Position numbers and translations under genes: made by a program
Origin: Mantamonas sphyraenae STR306
Lineage: Eukaryota; Protista; CRuMs
DNA: 64,000 nt
Reading direction: 5' to 3'
NCBI GenBank assembly: GCA_026936335.1
Contig: JAPMXV010000042.1
Location: forward strand, 1-64,000
Notes under the pieces: generated by a model
Databases searched by the model: none
What the model saw: the letters and a program-made list of their open reading frames with translations, nothing else
What the model was told of the DNA's origin: nothing
Part shown: in pieces, positions 35,490 to 44,951 of the stretch
Numbering within the stretch: the first letter of the stretch is position 1
Layout of the letters: each line of letters opens with the position of its first letter

Positions 35490-38400
35490 ACAGATTTCAC
35501 GCCTCCTTCCAAGTCCACAACAAACACAGGATCCCCTGTTTCGTGCCCATGTGCTCCATGCACCGCACGACGCCGCCCCACCAGCGAAAACATGTCCAGC
35601 CGCACCAACCGCCTCCGCACACGTCCCTGCATCTCTCCACTCTGCACAAGCATCCCAGACACACTCTTGGACATCTGCAGTTCCCCTGCTCCTCCCGTCA
35701 GCGACAGCAACTGCGCCTCCTGCACGGCGCCTCCAACAAGATCAAACCGGATCTCGCCCCACGGATTCACAGTCACACTCAGCATCAGCGTCCCGCACGA
35801 CAGCCCAGCGCGCACATCCACTCCATCCCAGTCCCGCCCACGCACAAGCCTCCACAGGCTCCACGCCAATTCCACCATCTTGTGCACCTGGCTCACATCA
35901 CCATCGCCCATCGTCCCTCCACCTGGCCCGCCCACCACTCGCTCGCCTTCCTCACTCCGCATGTTCTTTCGCGACAGGCATACCACATAGTGATGCCCCT
36001 CTGTGCGCAACACCGTAGCCCCACTGTCTTCCACAAGCACGTCGAAATCTCCATACAAGCTCCCCAACCGCTCCCGAGATACTTCGCCGTCCACACGCAC
36101 GTCCAACACCACCACGTCGTCTTCATACATGCCCAGCGTCTCATACTTGTACGTCTTCATCTTCTTGGCCACCCGAGACGGCATCAGCTGCCGTCGCAAC
36201 ACCCCGTTCAGGTTGTGCACCACACGCATCCGCATCTGCGCCTGCGTCGCCACCGCCTTCATGGACAGCACAAAAACAAGCCGCTCATCCCTTTCTCGCA
36301 TCACGGCCACAAAGCTCATCCCCAACGCCGCCACAACCACCTGCACGCTTTCTCGCACCACGGACTCCACCGTGGCTCCCACCATCATTCCAGCCACACA
36401 CATCCCGGCCACATGCACTGCCGTGCCCGTCCACAGGCCACCCATCAGCCAACCCAGAGTGCACCTGTTTCCCAGCACCATCATCCCCATCGCTTGCACA
36501 AATTGCCCACCATACACTGCCCCACGGCCACCACCCCACGTCACCTCGGCCACCACACGCATGCCCGTCACCACCACTCCGATCCACAAGAATAGACTCA
36601 CCACCAGGATGTGAACCTTTCCGTGCTCATGCTGGATCACAGCCTGTCCGTTGACCCACCACGCTGCGCACACCACCCCGCCAATGCCAACCACGCGCAA
36701 AAGCAGCATCACCCACCACCCACCTCTCCCCTCGCTCATCACCATGTCCACCACCGCTCCCAACACTCCCAACACAAGTCCAGCCACAACCACCACCCCT
36801 TCAAACAGCTTGATGCTATGGAACCCCAGCTGCTGGCCAAACAACGCCTCAAACTGCTCGTTCTCAAATCGCCCTCGGAAGCCACTCATCTGCTCCCGTC
36901 CCACAAACCCACGCATGTCCACGTCAAACAGATTGTCCTCATCCAGTGTCCACCAAGCTCCGTCTGCCTCGCAACACCATGGCACCCATGCTCCACACCC
37001 TTCCGGTTCCTCCCCGTCGCTTGCTTCGCTCGCAACAGTTGTTTTCCCTCCTGACACCTCCCCTTCCCCTTCCCCCCCTACGCCGCTGACGTGGTTCACC
37101 TCAATCTTGGACACCACCCACAGTCCCTCCGTTTCCCCGTCGTACGACTCGGCCTCGCTCGGATCTCTTCGGTCGCGCTTCTTGCCCACCGCACTCTCTG
37201 CTTCCTTCACCAACTGCTCAAACCGCTCCTTGTCCTCGTCAAGCATCATCTCCACTTCGTTCTCATCCTCCGCAACGCCTTCCTTGCTCTCTTCCTCCTC
37301 CCCAAGGCTACCCCCACACACAAATTGTGCCAGATTGAACGCCTGCACCAACACGCTTTGCGTCAGCACATGTCTCTCTTGTACAGCGCGCATCACCTGC
37401 CCGAAAGGGTGCAGCGAGTATCTCAATCCCTGCGCCTGATCCTGCCGAGGCAGCCTTGCCCGCCCTTCCTCCGTCACCAACAGACAGTTGAACGGACAGC
37501 ACAACAGCAAGTCGTATCCACGCTCTACAGCCGCACCACGCACGTCCCAATGCGTCCTCCCCGGTCCGTACACCATCCCACGCTCCACACGGCCCGCGTG
37601 CAGACTCGCCTTGCACAACAGCTGCAGCTCGTACCGCGCGTTCACCTTGCCCACAATGTCCATCATCTGCATGCTGAGCATCAACATGTCCCCTCCATCC
37701 ACTTGTCCGCTCGCAACAATCCCAAACCGCCCTACACGTCTCGCAAAAACCTCGACATCTCCCACTCCGCGCCCAAGCCGTTCAAACGCATTCAACATCT
37801 TGCCAATCACTCGGTTGCTCTCCTTCGGCGTCATCACACTGCTGCTTTCCTCCAAGCCCAAAACCGCAAACTGGAGCACCATCACGTCCGTCTCGGTTGT
37901 CTCCCACCGAGTCAGCAACCGCTGTTCTACCTCGTTCACCTCTGCCAACGCCTCTGCCAGCGAACTCGCCGCCCCTCCCAACGTCGTCTCGTTTGCTGCA
38001 CAACTTTTCTGCCCCACCTCCGGCTGCGCGTCCCCAAACACTGCTCGCACCACCCGTTCCGGACACAGGCTTTGCACAAGTTGCATCGTCAGCTCCAGCT
38101 TGCCATTCAGCGTTGCCAACTCTTTGGCAAACACTCGACGTTCGATAAACACGTTCCGTAGCAGGCCTTCCTGCACAAATAGCACTAGCCACAGCAGCAC
38201 AAGCAGTTGGATCGCCACAACCACGTCCACCATCACCGACGACGCCGTTCCCCCGCCTTGCGCCGTGCCCATCATCACGACATACGCGCTCAGCACACAG
38301 ACACCTGCCAACAGTTGCAGCGACATCTGGATCGACAGCACACACGCACCCAGCAGGAGCACCCCGTGCATCGACACCGCCACCCCTTCGTACCCGCGAC

Positions 38401-39907
38401 CGTACCTCGACGCAAATTCCCATTCAGACACCAAAACACTCGCCGCAGCCACCATGAGCACCACGCCGTGCAGTCGCTGCGTCCAGAATCCATACTGTGC
38501 GTGTCGCACCACGAGCGCATTCGTACAGCCGGCAAGTGCAAACACGGGCAACAGCACACCCAACAAAACCAGAGCCGTCTCTGCACCCAGCCATCCGTTT
38601 TGAAACACCAAACCATCCAGCAGAGCCAACAACAGCGTCGCCACGCATGCGAACGCCAACATCCATGTTGTTCTCCCCACAAGCCGCCGCGAGAACCCAC
38701 GGTGCTGCCGCAACTGATCTTCAATGTGCCTTACGTACACATCTACTCGCGGAAGCCACTCTCCCTTGCGTCTTTCCAGCCCGGTGTACAGTGGCAGTCG
38801 GTCCTGCTCCACCTCTTGGTACTTTAGTGTCCGCGTCAGAATCCCGTCGTAATCCGCCACCTCGGGCGCAGAAAACGACATCCGCGGGACTGTGCACGCC
38901 TTGCGCACCACAGTCAGGTCTTGCGCTGTCAGCGACGGCGTCTCTCCACTTGCCGTCGTCCCCAAGCTCCACCGCAGGATCCAGTTTTGCGACAGTGCCG
39001 TATTCAGTATACTCTTGCTCGACAGCTGCTTCAGCATTTTCACCCTGTTGTCCCGCTTGCCTTTGCTCCTCTCTCTCAGTTTGCCTCCCCCTGCAGACCC
39101 TTCCATGCCGCTATTGCTCGATGCGTTCTGAGGTTGCACCGGATCGATTCGCCGCAGCCCTCGTAGCCCTGTCCACCGCATGGACATCCTGCGCGTCATA
39201 CGGCCCACCTGGTTCTCTCGTTCCGGCATCTCCCAATCGTTTGTGTGGCTGCTCGATTCTGATCCGGCGTCAGACGACGCTCTCCCTGCACTTCCACCAG
39301 CGGCCGACGAAACGGCCGACAACGAGTCGCTGCTTGCCCGCCACGACGACGCCGACGAGCCCAAGCTCTTGCGTGCGCCTCGGTTCCCTCGCAAACGCCC
39401 AGGTGACCCACGCCCACTGCTCTCCGACCACGTTGACCCTTCTCCGGTCGCTTTCACCAGCGCGCTCAACGACCGCGGCACATCCAGGCCAAGTTGCGCC
39501 AGTGGACGCATGCTTGCCGGCGACCCGCGACGCAGCCGTTTATGCTCGCTCACGGGGCTCGACTGACTCACACTCAAGGCCACAGACCGCCCCGTGCTAC
39601 TTGTAGGAGCACGCAAAGCACCCGTGTTCTCCCCCCATGCGGACCGGCTCTCGTTCCCCATCCTTCCGCGCCCCCCGGTCTGCCAGGCGCCATTGTCTCC
39701 CACCAAAGACTCGCTCTTGCCATCTCTAATCCCGTGTGCGGCCTTGCTGTCCCTGTGTTTGGCCTGCCCTGGCCTTGAATCTTGTCCGACCACGGTCCTG
39801 CCTCCACGTACCTCCTCTTCCGCCTCCTCCACCTCTTCCAACTGGAACAGGGCCACTGGAACGGCTGCAAACAGTCCCAGATCGCTGTCCCGTCGTTCGT
39901 TGTTCAT
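35486..39907 (-). CDS. Membrane class III nucleotide cyclase-like protein (TM cluster-C1-TM cluster-C2) with degenerate active sites
   Basis: LVQSLCPERV and VLRRQLMPSRVA helical signatures. KASLHAGRVERGMV..HWDVRG.AV and VRAGLSCG..RFDLVGGAV cyclase-core motifs. Two hydrophobic clusters. Confidence 0.75.
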   Translation of the reverse strand: MNNERRDSDLGLFAAVPVALFQLEEVEEAEEEVRGGRTVVGQDSRPGQAKHRDSKAAHGIRDGKSESLVGDNGAWQTGGRGRMGNESRSAWGENTGALRAPTSSTGRSVALSVSQSSPVSEHKRLRRGSPASMRPLAQLGLDVPRSLSALVKATGEGSTWSESSGRGSPGRLRGNRGARKSLGSSASSWRASSDSLSAVSSAAGGSAGRASSDAGSESSSHTNDWEMPERENQVGRMTRRMSMRWTGLRGLRRIDPVQPQNASSNSGMEGSAGGGKLRERSKGKRDNRVKMLKQLSSKSILNTALSQNWILRWSLGTTASGETPSLTAQDLTVVRKACTVPRMSFSAPEVADYDGILTRTLKYQEVEQDRLPLYTGLERRKGEWLPRVDVYVRHIEDQLRQHRGFSRRLVGRTTWMLAFACVATLLLALLDGLVFQNGWLGAETALVLLGVLLPVFALAGCTNALVVRHAQYGFWTQRLHGVVLMVAAASVLVSEWEFASRYGRGYEGVAVSMHGVLLLGACVLSIQMSLQLLAGVCVLSAYVVMMGTAQGGGTASSVMVDVVVAIQLLVLLWLVLFVQEGLLRNVFIERRVFAKELATLNGKLELTMQLVQSLCPERVVRAVFGDAQPEVGQKSCAANETTLGGAASSLAEALAEVNEVEQRLLTRWETTETDVMVLQFAVLGLEESSSVMTPKESNRVIGKMLNAFERLGRGVGDVEVFARRVGRFGIVASGQVDGGDMLMLSMQMMDIVGKVNARYELQLLCKASLHAGRVERGMVYGPGRTHWDVRGAAVERGYDLLLCCPFNCLLVTEEGRARLPRQDQAQGLRYSLHPFGQVMRAVQERHVLTQSVLVQAFNLAQFVCGGSLGEEEESKEGVAEDENEVEMMLDEDKERFEQLVKEAESAVGKKRDRRDPSEAESYDGETEGLWVVSKIEVNHVSGVGGEGEGEVSGGKTTVASEASDGEEPEGCGAWVPWCCEADGAWWTLDEDNLFDVDMRGFVGREQMSGFRGRFENEQFEALFGQQLGFHSIKLFEGVVVVAGLVLGVLGAVVDMVMSEGRGGWWVMLLLRVVGIGGVVCAAWWVNGQAVIQHEHGKVHILVVSLFLWIGVVVTGMRVVAEVTWGGGRGAVYGGQFVQAMGMMVLGNRCTLGWLMGGLWTGTAVHVAGMCVAGMMVGATVESVVRESVQVVVAALGMSFVAVMRERDERLVFVLSMKAVATQAQMRMRVVHNLNGVLRRQLMPSRVAKKMKTYKYETLGMYEDDVVVLDVRVDGEVSRERLGSLYGDFDVLVEDSGATVLRTEGHHYVVCLSRKNMRSEEGERVVGGPGGGTMGDGDVSQVHKMVELAWSLWRLVRGRDWDGVDVRAGLSCGTLMLSVTVNPWGEIRFDLVGGAVQEAQLLSLTGGAGELQMSKSVSGMLVQSGEMQGRVRRRLVRLDMFSLVGRRRAVHGAHGHETGDPVFVVDLEGGVKSV

Positions 39908-39972
39908 GCAGCCGCAGACACGCCCTCGTCGTTTGTCCACGCTCGCGCACACACACCAACAACCACTTCCAC

Positions 39973-41727
39973 ATGTCCACATCCTACCAGTGGGTCTACC
40001 AGCACGCAAACAAATGGCGCCCGTTTTCGGCCAAGCAGATCGCCAGCATTGAGCAGGCCTACCAGGACGACGTGCAAGTGTTTGAACTCTCGCGCACCTT
40101 TCTCATCGACTTTGTCTCCATGGTTCGTGTCCGCCGTGACCAAGAGGACTCTTACGTCGCCATCAAGCGCCTGGATGGTGACGGCAACGAGAGCCAGAAG
40201 AAGCGTGCACGCCCAGCCGACGACGCCGACGCAGACGGCGCAGCCGCAGCTTCTCTCGGGAACTCGAAACGTCAAAAGGTGAGCGATCACGCTTCTCCTT
40301 CCAAAAGCACGGCCGCAAACACAACCACGACCACCAAGATCACCAAGACCACCACACCCGCCTCCTCCAGTGGCACAACATCACAAACCACCCGTGTACG
40401 TGCCTCCAAACAGGCCACTCTCTCGTTTGGTGATGGCGGCGTCGTTGCCGTCGACACCATCCGCACCTACACCACCAGCACATCGTCCTCTCCTCCTCCT
40501 CGTCCTCCTCCGGGTTTCCCGAGCACTGGGACGAGGTGGACTCGGTGCTGGTGTACAACCCCCCCCAGTGCAAGCCCAGCGAGCGCATCGTCGCCTTTGA
40601 CATGGACGGCACCCTCATCACCACAAAGAGCGGCCGCAAGTTCCCCGTCAGCCAGCTCGACTGGCAGTGGCTGTTTGACAACGTCGTGTCCACTCTGCAG
40701 GCCTACCACGACAAGGGCTACAAGCTCGTTGTCTTTACCAACCAGAAGGGCATTTCCACAGGCAAGACTCCCCGCGCTTGGATGTTTGAAAAGTTCCGTG
40801 ACATGCTTGCAGACATCCAACGGCCCACCCAGTTCTTTGCATCCACGGAAGACAACCATTTCCGCAAGCCCTCGCCGGCCATGTGGCACATGATGGCCAG
40901 CCAGTACAACGGAGGCGTTGCCATCGGTAGGTCCCCTCGATCCCAGCCCACCACGGATCGATCACGCGCCCCTTGCTCACACCCTCACGCTCTCGGTAGA
41001 CCTCTCCCAATCCATCTACGTCGGCGATGCTGCCGGAAGGCCCAAGGACTGGAAGAAAGGCGCCAAGAAGGACTTTTCCTGTTCCGACCGCAACTTTGCC
41101 CTCAACTCTGGCGTGGCGTTCAAAACCCCCGAAGAGTTCTTTCTGGACGAACAAACCGCCGATCATGTGTGGGACACCTACGACATTGCCCAGTTGCCCA
41201 AGCTCGCCGCAGCCGCAACTGCGTATGTGCCCGACATAGACACCTCCAAGCAGGAGATGGTCCTCATGGTTGGATTCCCGTCCAGTGGCAAGTCCACCTT
41301 TAGCAAAACGCATTTTGTGTCCAACGGTTACGTTTGGATCAACCAGGACACCCTCAAGTCGCCCAAGCGCTGCCTCACCGAAACCATCGCCGCTCTCGAC
41401 GCAGGCAAAAGCGTCGTCATCGACAACACAAACCCCACACCAGAGAAACGCAAAGTATACCTCGACCAGGCTGCTTCACGTGGCATCCCTGCGCGTGTCT
41501 TTCATCTCACAACTCCGAAAGACCTTGCCCAGCATCTCAACCGCCTCCGCGAGTGGTCTACCCTGGGCGTCCACCGCCATGTGCCCGGCGTTGCGTTCAA
41601 CACATTCAACAAGCACTTCAAGATCCCGACCACCAGCGAGCCTGCTGTCGTAAGCGTCCAGCAGGTCGACTTTGTCCCAGATCTCACCAGCGACTTTGGC
41701 AAGAAGTGGCTCTCGTTCCGCACATAG
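39973..41727 (+). CDS. PNKP: Polynucleotide kinase 3'-phosphatase with an N-terminal WWE domain
   Basis: AFDMDGTL, FRKPSPAMW, YVGDAAGR, DFSCSDR, GFPSSGKS, NQDTL, VIDNTN. Intron 40927-40999. Frameshift in the TCC run at ~40490. Confidence 0.92.
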
Positions 41728-41885
41728 ACGCTCACAACGAAGAATTCAGAAAATACACGTCAACATCCTGTCTTCAGCGCTCCCTTCAACCGGTTCCCTC
41801 GCCTTACCAGGACTTCTCGCAAAGCCAGCGCCGCTGCGCTCACCGGACCACCCCAACCACCACCTCAGCAGCAGCAACAACAGCC

Positions 41886-42512
41886 ATGTCGAACCGCCCC
41901 TTTATCGTTCTGGACAAATTCGTGCTCAGACAGTTTGAAAGCCGCATCTCTATGGAGCCAGAGATGTTTGAGAAGAAGCTGAACGAGCTCGTCGACGCCC
42001 AGGGCTGCAACGAAGCTCTGGTGGATGGATATGCCCCGTTCTGCAAGCATGTCTTTGTCGACAACTTTGCCGACCTGGACCAGGACTACGTGGCGCTCAA
42101 CAAAGACACAGCATCCCTGGTGCAAACCGATTACGTCGCACGCACGGACAAGGAGCTGCCTGTGCTCGTGCGCTGGGTCGACGCCGAGGAGGCACACAAG
42201 GCTGGCCTTGTGCAGAAAGCTGCCATCTTGGATGTCATCCTCTACTCTCGTGAGCAGATCATTGCCGAGAACGAGGCCATGGGAGAGGTTCCCGACACCG
42301 AAGAGACCGCCCCGTGGGGTGTTGTTTCCGTCAAGGCCCAACACGTCGACCACGAGTTGCCCATGAATCCCATCACCATGATGCGCAATGCATTGGGCAA
42401 GGATCAGGGTGGCTCGGGCGTACCACTCGACCCGGAAAAGTACGCTGCCAGCGTCGCCTTTTGGAAGGACAACGTCACCATCGCCACCATGAGTCAGGGC
42501 GGTGCAATGTAG
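41886..42512 (+). CDS. DUF3228 family protein
   Basis: F..RQF, LVDGYAPFCKH.F..NF, ELPVL.RW, LDVILYSREQI, PITMMRNALG..GGSGVPLD. Confidence 0.85.
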   Translation: MSNRPFIVLDKFVLRQFESRISMEPEMFEKKLNELVDAQGCNEALVDGYAPFCKHVFVDNFADLDQDYVALNKDTASLVQTDYVARTDKELPVLVRWVDAEEAHKAGLVQKAAILDVILYSREQIIAENEAMGEVPDTEETAPWGVVSVKAQHVDHELPMNPITMMRNALGKDQGGSGVPLDPEKYAASVAFWKDNVTIATMSQGGAM

Positions 42513-42591
42513 TCTTTGTCCACCGTCATGTTTTCCCTGTCATTCTGCCATCACCTCCCAGCCGCTTCCAACACAAACCCTGCGCCTGTCC

Positions 42592-44916
42592 ATGTCCAAG
42601 CGCGCGCGCTCAGAGCACGCCGCTGAAGAGCCCGAGCAGGACCACTCCCAGGACCATGGCCCTGCACATGACGCTAGCGTCGCGGAGGGTGTGAATGAGC
42701 ACGAGCCTGACGCTGGCAATGCCGCCAAGCGCCAGCGCGTCGAAGCCTCCGTTCCCCAGGCCGCTTCGTCTGCAGCCAGCTCCACATCTACAGCCATTAC
42801 CACAACCTCCTCCACCTCCTCCACCTCCTCTTCCACCCAGCATGCCACCGAACCGCCGTCCCAGCCCATCACCGACGAGGAGCAGCTTGCTCAGGTCAAC
42901 CCGCAGCATTACCACCCCACCGTTCGACTCCTTTCGGCTGCCGTGCACCCAGCCAACAGCCCTTGCGAGGACGCCTTTTGTGTTGATCCCTCCAATGGCA
43001 TTGTGTCTCTCTTTGACGGCCGTAAGTCAGCCCCTGCTTGCCTCCCTGGCCCCTACTTCGTCGGCCGCCCCTTTGGTCGCGCCGATGTGCACCGACCACA
43101 AGTCGACCTCTGCTCACCACACACCTGTTCGTACCGCTGCCCTTCCATGCCACTACCTGTCCCCACACCACATATGCGCCCATGGCACTTTGCAGACGGA
43201 GGCTCGCTGCTCAGCACCAAGCTCAGCCGCACGTTGAACAAGCTCGTTCTCGACCGCCTCGACGAGGTGCGCAAAGACCCACACACCGTCCTCACAGACA
43301 TCCTTGTACAGGCAGACGATGCGTTCTACCAAGACCACGTGCGCACAAACTCTGCAAACGCAACCGTCGGTATGTCCTGCCCGCTGGCTGCCTCTGCACC
43401 CCACCCGTTCCCACTCCCGTTTTGGCGCCAACCTGTCACCCGCTTTCTACGCGCCCATGCTTCCCACGCTGACCCGTACGCCACGACACACGCGCACTCC
43501 TCTCTGCACTACCCTTCCTTTGCAGGTTCATGCGCCGTCGTGTGTGTCCTCTTCCCCGACAAGCTGGTGGTCGCCAATCTTGGCGATTCGCGCGTGTTGT
43601 TGGGAACCCGTCAGGAACAACAGCCCACAGGTGACGATTTCGTCACCCTGCGCAATTTTCACTGCACCCAGCTCACCACAGATCACAACACCGTCAACGA
43701 GGACGAGGTACAGCGCATTCGCAACCACACAGGGTATGCAAAGGCCGTCCGCAGTACCTTTATGGACCGCGTTAACCCGCGTGTCGGCGGCACCCTCATG
43801 GTCACCCGTGCCATGGGAGATTTTTATTTGAAAAAGCCTGAGCTTGCTCTACAGGAATCGGACGCAAAACACTTCCCGTTCCTGTGGTGCGAACCCGAAA
43901 TCGTCGTCCATCCCTGGGGCCCCGACGACGAGTTTGTCCTCGTTGCCTCTGACGGCCTCGGGGACAGGGACTACGTCACCAACGAAGACGCCGTCTCCAT
44001 GGTCGGCAACTTTCTCGACAAGTACCACGGCTGGGATCCCAGCGACACCGACAGCAAAAGCAGCACGCCTCGCACGCAGACAAATTCCAACCGCCGCAAA
44101 GACTCTACAAAAACTCGCTCTCCACTCTTTGCCGTCTCCTCCTCCGCCTCTACCATTGCAGCCACCCCAACTTCGGCAGCAGGCGCACGCACTTCCTTCT
44201 CTGCCTTTCCTTCCAATGACGGCTCCGTTGCCGACTCCATCGGTGGCTCGGTCGGTGCACAGCTGCCTTCGGATGCCAGTGAGCGATCAGAGCTCGAGAC
44301 ACCTACACATCGGGACCAGCAGAGCGACGGCGCAACACCTTTGCAATCCGACGCAGCCGACGACCACCAGGTCGATCCCGCCCAGGCCGAAGCCGGTATT
44401 CAGCTGCAGCAGCTCTATGATGGCGTTGCACTCGACGTTCGTGATCTCAAATCCAAGGAGCACGCCGGAGAAGCGCCGATGACGGGCTCCGCAAAGCTGC
44501 TGAGCGCAGGCGATGCAAACAACGGCGACAACGACAACGATGACGATGACGATGACGCCGACGATGACGATGATGATGACGACGATGATGATTTCATCTG
44601 GAACAATACCCAGGAAGAGGTGGGCGGCTTCGACGATACCGGCTCGGATGCCGCAACTGAAGTGGAATCGCCCTCGTTGGAGATGGCCAGTTTCCAGCCG
44701 CTCGAAGTGGCCTCATATCTCAAGCAACACTGGCTGCAAAACATCGCCCAGCATCAGACGGTGCCCGTGGTTGATCTGCTACGCATGATGCCTGGCCGGA
44801 CACGAAGGCGGTATCACGACGACTTGACCCTTGTCGTCATCCAGCTGCGCAAGAGTGCGCTCCTCACCACCCATGACGAAGAGCAACAATCATCCTCCTC
44901 CAGCACGCATCAATGA
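42592..44916 (+). CDS. PPM/PP2C phosphatase with a long acidic insertion
   Basis: After removing introns 43022-43195 and 43370-43525: CED, FDGHGG, GSCA, ANLGDSR, TRAMGD, ASDGL, RRRYHDDLT. Confidence 0.9.
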   Translation: MSKRARSEHAAEEPEQDHSQDHGPAHDASVAEGVNEHEPDAGNAAKRQRVEASVPQAASSAASSTSTAITTTSSTSSTSSSTQHATEPPSQPITDEEQLAQVNPQHYHPTVRLLSAAVHPANSPCEDAFCVDPSNGIVSLFDGRKSAPACLPGPYFVGRPFGRADVHRPQVDLCSPHTCSYRCPSMPLPVPTPHMRPWHFADGGSLLSTKLSRTLNKLVLDRLDEVRKDPHTVLTDILVQADDAFYQDHVRTNSANATVGMSCPLAASAPHPFPLPFWRQPVTRFLRAHASHADPYATTHAHSSLHYPSFAGSCAVVCVLFPDKLVVANLGDSRVLLGTRQEQQPTGDDFVTLRNFHCTQLTTDHNTVNEDEVQRIRNHTGYAKAVRSTFMDRVNPRVGGTLMVTRAMGDFYLKKPELALQESDAKHFPFLWCEPEIVVHPWGPDDEFVLVASDGLGDRDYVTNEDAVSMVGNFLDKYHGWDPSDTDSKSSTPRTQTNSNRRKDSTKTRSPLFAVSSSASTIAATPTSAAGARTSFSAFPSNDGSVADSIGGSVGAQLPSDASERSELETPTHRDQQSDGATPLQSDAADDHQVDPAQAEAGIQLQQLYDGVALDVRDLKSKEHAGEAPMTGSAKLLSAGDANNGDNDNDDDDDDADDDDDDDDDDDFIWNNTQEEVGGFDDTGSDAATEVESPSLEMASFQPLEVASYLKQHWLQNIAQHQTVPVVDLLRMMPGRTRRRYHDDLTLVVIQLRKSALLTTHDEEQQSSSSSTHQ

Positions 44917-44951
44917 ACCCAACAATGAACCCAACTCACCCGATCTACGAT

